Assembly: GCA_017484165.1 (NCBI GenBank)
Contig: JAFUTP010000028.1
Location: 1 to 32,000, forward strand
Reading direction: 5' to 3'
DNA: 32,000 nt
Origin: Cardiobacteriaceae bacterium
GTDB taxonomy: Bacteria; Pseudomonadota; Gammaproteobacteria; Cardiobacteriales; Cardiobacteriaceae
The position numbers and the translations under genes were made by a program. The notes beneath the pieces are model-generated. The model saw only the letters and a list, made by a program, of their open reading frames with translations. It had not been told where the DNA came from and did no database searches. This document shows, piece after piece, positions 1 through 8,035 of the stretch. Numbering within the stretch: position 1 is the first letter of the stretch; the number at the start of each line of letters is the position of its first letter.

Positions 1-1
1 C

Positions 2-607
2 TCAACATTTTCGTCAGTTGATGATAGCTTCGGCGAATCAGTTGCATCTGCAAAATATGCAACAGAGGTAAGTTTATCAGCATTAGCAGTGTTAAATGGT
101 GCTGGCGAACTCGCAACCCTCGCAAGAACTGGAAAAACTGCAGAAAAAATAGTAAAGAGTGCAGATAATTTTGCAGAAGGGGTGGGGAAATCACCCGCAA
201 CAGAAGCACAAAAAGCACGGCAGATTGATATAAATGCTGGTCTTGATGGCGAGATGGCGGGGCAACCTATTCAACTACACTCTTTAAGCAATTACGAAGC
301 TCGCGTCTGGTATCTAGAACAGGAAAGAAATATTCCAAATTTGCTTGATAAATCCGCTTCCTTAAAAACACAATCGCAACAAGCTGTTGAAGCGCGCAAT
401 GAAATCAGAACTGCTGCAAGAGAACTGATGGCTGATAGAGTAGAAGCCGAAAGGTTATACCGAGAAGAACCAAATCGCGATTGGGATTATTTTGCTGATA
501 AATATTCAAAACAAGGATATTCTGGCGATGCGTTATACCAAAAAATAATTGATAGCTCTCAAAAATCCCGAAAAGAGGTCAATGAAAAATTGGGAATTAC
601 GAAATGA
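2..607 (+). CDS. 3' end of a larger polymorphic-toxin-like gene (5' part lies upstream of the window); variable C-terminal domain follows a DNFAEGVGK junction
   Basis: The frame starting at nt 2 has no stop until TGA 605-607, so track ORF 89..607 (GTG start) is only the tail of a longer gene. The junction at 164-190 recurs at 1047-1073 ahead of an unrelated C-terminus. A small ORF follows with an ATGA overlap. I recognised no catalytic family by eye. Confidence 0.6.
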   Translation, partial: STFSSVDDSFGESVASAKYATEVSLSALAVLNGAGELATLARTGKTAEKIVKSADNFAEGVGKSPATEAQKARQIDINAGLDGEMAGQPIQLHSLSNYEARVWYLEQERNIPNLLDKSASLKTQSQQAVEARNEIRTAARELMADRVEAERLYREEPNRDWDYFADKYSKQGYSGDALYQKIIDSSQKSRKEVNEKLGITK

Positions 608-951
608 AACCAATACAAATTATTGAAACATTCGATCGGAAAAATAACAGATTTATATTATCTATTTGTCATATTGATTACGATGTTAGTGATACAGTCG
701 CCCAAATAATGTCTAACAAATACGGTGATATTATCACAGAGAAGTTGGACAATCTTTGGGGGACTTTAATCATTATGCAAAGTAATGAGTTCAAATATGT
801 AATTTCCTATGATGAAGATTATAGAGATAATGAACTACATATTTCCTACAATGAAAATTATATAGATAATAAAAACACGATCTTTCATAATGAATTAAAA
901 AATAAATTAGTGGCTATCACTGACGAGCTAAATTTAGCCTTAAATCAGTAG
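604..951 (+). CDS. putative cognate immunity protein (115 aa, no recognisable family)
   Basis: Its ATG at 604 overlaps the toxin stop (ATGA at 604-607). It is a small acidic cytoplasmic-looking protein. A 12-bp-stem terminator follows directly. The assignment rests on position only. Confidence 0.5.
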   Translation: MKPIQIIETFDRKNNRFILSICHIDYDVSDTVAQIMSNKYGDIITEKLDNLWGTLIIMQSNEFKYVISYDEDYRDNELHISYNENYIDNKNTIFHNELKNKLVAITDELNLALNQ

Positions 952-956
952 TAACA

Positions 957-999
957 TACAAGCGTAAGTTTTCTTACGCTTGTACTTTATTTAATTTTT
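957..999 (+). terminator. rho-independent terminator after the toxin/immunity pair
   Basis: Perfect 12-bp stem: tacaagcgtaag (957-968) pairs with cttacgcttgta (973-984), loop tttt. A T-rich tail ctttatttaattttt follows. Confidence 0.55.
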
Positions 1000-1025
1000 C
1001 TAAAAAAAAATTATGAAATAAATAG

Positions 1026-1520
1026 ACAAATACACAAAATGGCGAAGATAATCTTGCAGAAGGGGTGGGGAAAAATGCTGGGAAGATTGAGAATATTTCT
1101 CCAACACCAGCGGTTGATAACATTCCCGCCTCCAGACCTGATTTTTATGTCAAACCAAATGGGGATGTTATTCCGAGCACGGGGTATCGCTATATGAAAA
1201 GCGAGCACGCGAAGAAAACTATGGAAACTATGTCTGCTCCTGGTAGTTACTTTGGATTTACAAAATATGAAACAGGCAGTGCAGCACGCGATGCTTAGCA
1301 AATCGCCCCGCAATGGAGTGATGCAAGATTGCGGGGTGAATTTGATACCTTACAGGTTATAGATGATATGCGAGTTCCTAGAACTTTTGGTGATCAAGGT
1401 CCTGATTTAGAACCTTTTACAACATCATATCCAGAGTATGGCAAAGGAGGACAGCAGCAGTTTATATATGATAAAGGTGATATTAAATTTATCAAGGTTG
1501 ATTTGTTGGAGGATGAATGA
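1026..1520 (+). pseudogene. orphan toxin C-terminal cassette, promoterless, interrupted by one in-frame TAG (1296-1298)
   Basis: Track ORFs 1065..1298 and 1329..1520 are in the same frame and are separated only by TAG 1296-1298. The frame is open back to 1026 with no ATG or RBS. Nt 1047-1073 are 26/27 identical to 164-190 (both encode DN[F/L]AEGVGK), and the sequences are unrelated after that. Confidence 0.55.
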
Positions 1521-1750
1521 CCAATAATTCACTTGAAATTGCTGAACAGCTTTTATATTTGCTTCAAAAATACTCTCCCAACAAAAAAGAAATAATAAGC
1601 GAGATTGAGCAAAATAAAAATAATTTTAATACATATCTGCCTGAATATATAAAGCATTGTCTAGCAGAAATAGATAGGGCAAATAATCTACATACAAACT
1701 ATTCTTCTGAAGATTTAAAAATAGTTAGAAGTCTAGGCTCTTTTCTATAA
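1517..1750 (+). CDS. putative immunity protein of the orphan cassette (77 aa)
   Basis: Its ATG at 1517 overlaps the stop of the orphan toxin frame (ATGA at 1517-1520), the same coupling as 604-607. It is small and unrelated to the 604..951 product. A hairpin follows. Confidence 0.45.
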   Translation: MTNNSLEIAEQLLYLLQKYSPNKKEIISEIEQNKNNFNTYLPEYIKHCLAEIDRANNLHTNYSSEDLKIVRSLGSFL

Positions 1751-1756
1751 AACAAT

Positions 1757-1781
1757 AAAAGCAGAGTTTTTCTCCGCTTTT
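1757..1781. terminator. probable bidirectional terminator between the orphan cassette and dnaQ (convergent genes)
   Basis: aaaagcagag (1757-1766) pairs with ctccgctttt (1772-1781) with one mismatch. It is flanked by A-rich and T-rich runs and lies between stop 1750 (+) and stop 1804 (-). Confidence 0.4.
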
Positions 1782-1803
1782 ATTCTGTCAATCAATCATT
1801 CCA

Positions 1804-2604
1804 TCAAGCTCTTATTTTTTCCAATATTTTCTGATGTAATTCAATATCTTCGGTTTTATTTTCTATTTTCTTCCAGCTAAAACCAGTGTTATTTTTTTGT
1901 ATCAACAGCATGATTTTTTCAGCGGCTTGGTCTAACTCCTCGTCTTTATTTTTAGCTTGGGACGAAGTTTGATTTTCTACTTCTACAAATCTTTTTTCAG
2001 CTCTATTTTCAGTTGTATTTTCAACTTGATTTTCCGCGAAGAGATTATGTTGCCCGCCCGTTAATTTCAGCCAAACTTTTAGCAGCAATTTGCTATCTAA
2101 TAAAGCACCGTGTCCTTCGCTTTCGCGTTCGCTGGTATCGATGTTGTAATACTTACACAGTGCATCGAGGTTATGTTTTTTGATGTCTTTAAGACTTTGG
2201 CGGGCAATTTTCAAACTATCGGTAATGACAAAACGCGGCTCGATGAGTTTTAATTTTGACTTGGCGCGCTTTAATTCAGTATTCATAAAACATTGGTCGA
2301 AAGCAATATTGTGCGCGATGATTTCATCGACTTCGGGGTCGTCAAAAAATTCTTCAATCTGGGCAAGCTGCTCGGCAAAACTCGGTTTATCGGCTAAAAA
2401 CTCATTAGTTATTTGGTGAATGCGGATAACTTCCTCATCCATTTTTATTTTCGGTTTGAAGAATAAATGCAACTCTTCACCCGTCGGACGGCGATCTTGG
2501 ATTTTTATCGCACCAAGTTCGACAATGTAATGACCTTTCGCGACATCATTTCTATCTCCTCGAAACATACCAGTTGTTTCGGTATCGAAGATTATTTTTT
2601 TCAT
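1804..2604 (-). CDS. dnaQ: DNA polymerase III epsilon subunit (DEDDh 3'-5' exonuclease)
   Basis: Exo motifs are present: IIFDTETTG, IIAHNIAFDQCF and GHGALLDSKLL. Size is 266 aa. Confidence 0.88.
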   Translation of the reverse strand: MKKIIFDTETTGMFRGDRNDVAKGHYIVELGAIKIQDRRPTGEELHLFFKPKIKMDEEVIRIHQITNEFLADKPSFAEQLAQIEEFFDDPEVDEIIAHNIAFDQCFMNTELKRAKSKLKLIEPRFVITDSLKIARQSLKDIKKHNLDALCKYYNIDTSERESEGHGALLDSKLLLKVWLKLTGGQHNLFAENQVENTTENRAEKRFVEVENQTSSQAKNKDEELDQAAEKIMLLIQKNNTGFSWKKIENKTEDIELHQKILEKIRA

Positions 2605-2643
2605 CTATATTCCTTTAATACTTATTCAAATTTATATAAAAAC

Positions 2644-2913
2644 CTATTCCGTAACTTTTGCAATTTCCATATCATCTTCTGCCTGTGCCAAACAGGGCAA
2701 AATTTCCCCATCACGGATATATGCAAGAGTGCTATCACGGTAAGAATATTTTCCCTGCACAAGGCGCATTCGGCAATGCCCGCAATAACCTTGACGGCAT
2801 TGATATTCACAAGGAATATCCGCGTTTTCCATTGCTTCCAATAAAGTTTCTTCGCGGGAAATATAAATTCTTCTATCCGCGATTTTTAAGCTATAAGTAG
2901 TTTGATTAGTCAT
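2644..2913 (-). CDS. yfaE: 2Fe-2S ferredoxin, YfaE-like
   Basis: EYQCRQGYCGHCRMRLVQG and GEILPC closely match E. coli YfaE (EYQCREGYCGSCRTRLVAG, GEILPC). Size is 89 aa. Confidence 0.75.
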   Translation of the reverse strand: MTNQTTYSLKIADRRIYISREETLLEAMENADIPCEYQCRQGYCGHCRMRLVQGKYSYRDSTLAYIRDGEILPCLAQAEDDMEIAKVTE

Positions 2914-2936
2914 TTTTGTGAATGTATCAATTTTTT

Positions 2937-3056
2937 GGCGTATCTAAAATTAGCTTTAGTTCTATTTTTTTACTCTTATCATCCTGAACGCAGCGAAGGA
3001 ACTACCGATAGAGATTTTTCGCCTACGGCTCAAAATGACGAATTTTTAGACACCAC
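2937..3056 (-). repeat. MITE-like nested palindromic element, full-length copy in reverse orientation
   Basis: The reverse complement aligns along its whole length with copy 6787-6898. The outer ends are ggcgtatcta and tagacacc. The inner arms are tcatcctgaacg and caaaatgacgaa. It lies in the divergent yfaE/MATE intergenic region. Confidence 0.8.
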
Positions 3057-3095
3057 TTTTATAACTTTCGATTTGACGATTAAATTTTATTTTTT

Positions 3096-4427
3096 ATGTG
3101 CAAAGAACTTCTTCCCACAATCCAACTTGCTCTACCGATGATTTATGCGCAACTGTTAGGTTATTCGCAGGCGGTGGTTGATACGGTTATGGCGGGGCGG
3201 CATAACTCGCTGACTTTGGCAGCGGTATCGCTTGCCTCGCAATTATTTGCTTTGATTTACTTGCTTTTTAACGGTATTGCGATTGGTTTTGCCGCGCAAT
3301 TTTCCCGTTATAACGGAGCTGATGACCGCTCAAATTTGCGCTTTTGTTTTCATCAGGGCTTATTTATTTTTACCGCGATTGCGGTTTTATGTGCATTTTT
3401 AATTTATCTCGCGGCATTTTTACCGCCTTTTTTCGGCACAAAACCAGAAATTGCCCGCGAATGCAAAAACTATCTTTTAATTTTGGCTATCCCCGCAGGA
3501 GTTTTGATGTTTGCTTCGATTGGCAGCGCATTTTTGCAGGGGATGGCATATCCGCGCAGCGTCAATATTTTGATGACCGCCCTACTTCCCGTAAACATCC
3601 TCGGTAACTGGATTTTTTTATCTTTTACCGATTTAGAAGCGGCAGGAATGGCGATTGCCACGGGAATTTGTTATTTGCTCTACGCCATCGTTTTATTCAC
3701 AATACTTGCCAAATCGCCCAAGTGGAAGATTTATCACCTCTTCCGTGCTCCGTTTATTTTCGATCGCCGTGCCTGCCTACGGTTTTTACTGCTTGGTTTA
3801 CCGATTGGCATTGCAATTGTGCTGGAAGCGGGATTGTTTTCCTTTATCGGGATTATGGCTAGCCGTGAAACCGCGGAAATCACTTCGGCAAATCAAATTG
3901 CGGTGAATTTCATTTCAATAATTTTTATGGTGCCGCTTGGTATTTCTTCGGCACTGACAATCCGTGTTGCGCACGCTTTCGGGCAGAAAAATTATCAGGC
4001 GGTAAAAAATCGCGCAATTGGCGGACTGTTACTGAGCGCTGGTTTTATGAGCTTTGCCGCTTTAATGAATTTTCTCTTGCGGCAAGAAATCGCCGCGATT
4101 TACACCGCCGATGCCGTAATTATTGTTCTCGCGGCAAAAATAATGCTGGTTGCTTGCGTATTTCAGATTTTGGACGGAGTGCAAGTTGCCTCTTCGGGGA
4201 TTTTGCGTGGGCTTGCTGATACCGCAATTTTGATGCGTTTTGCGATTTTCGGTTATTGGATTGTCGGTCTGCCCGTCGGTTTGATTTTTGCTTATGGCTT
4301 GAATTATGGAATTCTCGGACTCTGGATTGGCTGCGCGCTGGGACTGGGAATATTTGCGGTTTTAGCATTAGGGCGAGTTTTCAAGCAAATCAATAAATTA
4401 GCGAGCGTGTCAAATTCGTCATTTTGA
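3096..4427 (+). CDS. MATE family multidrug efflux transporter (NorM-like)
   Basis: 443 aa with about 12 predicted TM segments. The N-terminus LALPMIYAQLLGYSQAVVDTVMAGR is typical of MATE proteins. The last 4 codons and the stop lie inside a repeat element. Confidence 0.85.
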   Translation: MCKELLPTIQLALPMIYAQLLGYSQAVVDTVMAGRHNSLTLAAVSLASQLFALIYLLFNGIAIGFAAQFSRYNGADDRSNLRFCFHQGLFIFTAIAVLCAFLIYLAAFLPPFFGTKPEIARECKNYLLILAIPAGVLMFASIGSAFLQGMAYPRSVNILMTALLPVNILGNWIFLSFTDLEAAGMAIATGICYLLYAIVLFTILAKSPKWKIYHLFRAPFIFDRRACLRFLLLGLPIGIAIVLEAGLFSFIGIMASRETAEITSANQIAVNFISIIFMVPLGISSALTIRVAHAFGQKNYQAVKNRAIGGLLLSAGFMSFAALMNFLLRQEIAAIYTADAVIIVLAAKIMLVACVFQILDGVQVASSGILRGLADTAILMRFAIFGYWIVGLPVGLIFAYGLNYGILGLWIGCALGLGIFAVLALGRVFKQINKLASVSNSSF

Positions 4428-4649
4428 GCCGCAGGCGAAAAATCTCTATCGGCAGATCCTTCGCGACATTCAGGATGACGAGTGGGCGTATCTACAAAAT
4501 TCGTCATTTTGAGCCGCAGGCGAAAAATCTCTCGGCAGATCCTTCGCTACATTCAGGATGACGAGTGGGCGTATCTACAAAATTCGTCATTTTGAGCCGC
4601 AGGCGAAAAATCTCTATCGTCAGATCCTTCGCGACATTCAGGATGACGA
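4416..4649 (+). repeat. head-to-tail triplication of the MITE inner hairpin module
   Basis: Units lie at 4416-4481, 4501-4564 (2-nt deletion) and 4584-4649. They are separated by the identical 19-nt linker gtgggcgtatctacaaaat (4482-4500, 4565-4583). The period is 85 then 83 bp. Confidence 0.85.
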
Positions 4650-4667
4650 GGGCATACGCTCCTATAA

Positions 4668-6785
<2,118 letters not shown>

Positions 6786-6786
6786 T

Positions 6787-6898
6787 GGCGTGTCTCGTCA
6801 TTTTGAGCCATAGGCGAAAAATCTCTTATCGGCAGATCCTTCACTGCGTTCAGGATGACGAAGGTGAAAAATAGAACTAGCCTAAATTTAGATACGCG
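6787..6898 (+). repeat. MITE-like nested palindromic element, full-length reference copy
   Basis: Order of parts: ggcgtgtc, inner hairpin tcgtcattttgagcc...ttcaggatgacga, tail ggtgaaaaatagaactagcctaaatt, then tagatacgc (inverted complement of the left end). It starts 2 nt after the ligA stop. Confidence 0.85.
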
Positions 6899-6923
6899 CT
6901 TAAAAGATAGGAAAACAATATTT

Positions 6924-7931
6924 ATGAATAAACAGGAATTCTTCCGTCAAATCCTCCGCGGCAAAGCAAATTCCCCCCGCGACAATGCAACGGCATTTGC
7001 TCCTAGCAATATCGCGCTGGCGAAATATTGGGGAAAACGCGACACAGAATTAAATCTACCGTGTAATTCCAGTATTTCCATTTCGCTTGGCAGCCTCGGC
7101 ACAAAAACTACTTTGCGCGCAAGTAATCAAGACCGCGTCGTGCTAAACGGCGAAGAAATCCCGTTAGATAAGCCGTTTGCGGCAAAAATCATCAATTTTT
7201 TAGATTATTTCCGCGCAAATCTCTGGCAAGGCGCAATGGAAGTCATCACCGAAAACAATATTCCTACCGCCGCAGGACTTGCATCAAGTGCATCAGGTTT
7301 TGCCGCCCTCACGCTCGCAGCAAATGATTTTTGGAATTTAGATTTAGATACAAAAACGCTTTCCGCAATCGCCCGTATCGGTAGCGGCTCGGCAGCTCGC
7401 TCTTTTTGGCAAGGTTTTGTGAAATGGCAGCGCGGCAAAAATCCAGACGGATTGGATTCATACGCCGAACCACTTGCGCTAGCAGAAAATTCTCCCAGCC
7501 GCAATCTTCGTCTTGCTCTGGTCAAAATCGATGAGAAAGCGAAAAAAAATCCTAGCCGCGACGCAATGATTCATAGTGCCAAAACTTCACCGTATTTTTC
7601 AGCTTGGATTGCAACCGCCGAAATAGAACTTCACAAAATCGAAGCGGCAATAACTAGCGGTAATATCCAAGAACTCCTCCAACTTGCCGAAAGTAATGCA
7701 CTTGCGATGCACGCGGTAATGCTTGCCTCCCGCCCAAGTCTGCTTTATTTACAAGCAGAAAGCATCGTGGCAATCAAGAAAGTTTGGGATTTACGAGAAC
7801 ATGGCGCGGAAATATTTTTCACCATCGATGCAGGACCAAATCTGAAATTACTCTTCGAAGAAAATGCGGATACCAGAGCAATAATCGAAAACAACTTTCC
7901 CTCGGCAATATTTGTCAATCCCTTTGCATAA
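6924..7931 (+). CDS. mvaD: diphosphomevalonate decarboxylase (GHMP kinase fold)
   Basis: Diagnostic motifs are present: APSNIALAKYWGKRD, TAAGLASSASGFAAL, RIGSGSAARS and FFTIDAGPN. I prefer ATG 6924 because the track start 6855 lies inside the repeat element. Confidence 0.82.
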   Translation: MNKQEFFRQILRGKANSPRDNATAFAPSNIALAKYWGKRDTELNLPCNSSISISLGSLGTKTTLRASNQDRVVLNGEEIPLDKPFAAKIINFLDYFRANLWQGAMEVITENNIPTAAGLASSASGFAALTLAANDFWNLDLDTKTLSAIARIGSGSAARSFWQGFVKWQRGKNPDGLDSYAEPLALAENSPSRNLRLALVKIDEKAKKNPSRDAMIHSAKTSPYFSAWIATAEIELHKIEAAITSGNIQELLQLAESNALAMHAVMLASRPSLLYLQAESIVAIKKVWDLREHGAEIFFTIDAGPNLKLLFEENADTRAIIENNFPSAIFVNPFA

Positions 7932-8035
7932 ATAACGGACAAAATTGCAAATAAAATCAACAGACAAATTGAAATTTGCTTAATTCAAGCCATTTTTCAA
8001 ATATTTTTTATTTATTCATTTACGGAGACAAAACT

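Noticed and set aside
1296-1298. The idea that the in-frame TAG is a programmed recoding site (pyrrolysine or readthrough)
   Set aside because: There is no evidence for Pyl machinery in this kind of organism or in the window. A single nonsense mutation in a silent orphan cassette is the simpler explanation. It is kept only as a low-priority check under the findings.
1011-1313. 100-aa minus-strand ORF covering the orphan toxin cassette
   Set aside because: It is antisense to a frame that has clear structural logic (junction repeat, ATGA-coupled downstream ORF). It is Cys/Phe/Ile-rich with no RBS, so it is probably spurious.
2902-3141. Track ORFs 2902..3141(+), 4304..4507(-), 4558..4785(+) and 10362..10568(-), which encode peptides such as HPERSEGTTDRDFSPTAQNDEF, RDFSPAAQNDEF and RLFAVLRMTR
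   Set aside because: They are translations of the repeat elements (and of the A20 tract, which gives FFFFFF). They lack RBS context, overlap real genes or intergenic hairpins, and their similarity to one another comes from the nucleotide repeat.
4416-4649. Regularly spaced repeats (period ~84 bp) that superficially resemble a small CRISPR array
   Set aside because: The two 'spacers' are identical (gtgggcgtatctacaaaat). The repeats are 64-66 nt imperfect palindromes that also occur singly elsewhere in the window. No cas genes or leader are present. This is a tandem MITE module, not a CRISPR array.
6855-6923. Upstream-extended start codons given by the ORF track (6855 for the decarboxylase, 7976 for the secreted protein, 15341 for rapZ, 23476 for hemH, 23801 for rplQ, 4686 for ligA)
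   Set aside because: Each extension runs into a repeat element, a terminator hairpin or the neighbouring gene, and adds residues absent from the conserved N-termini. Internal ATG codons with better context were chosen instead.
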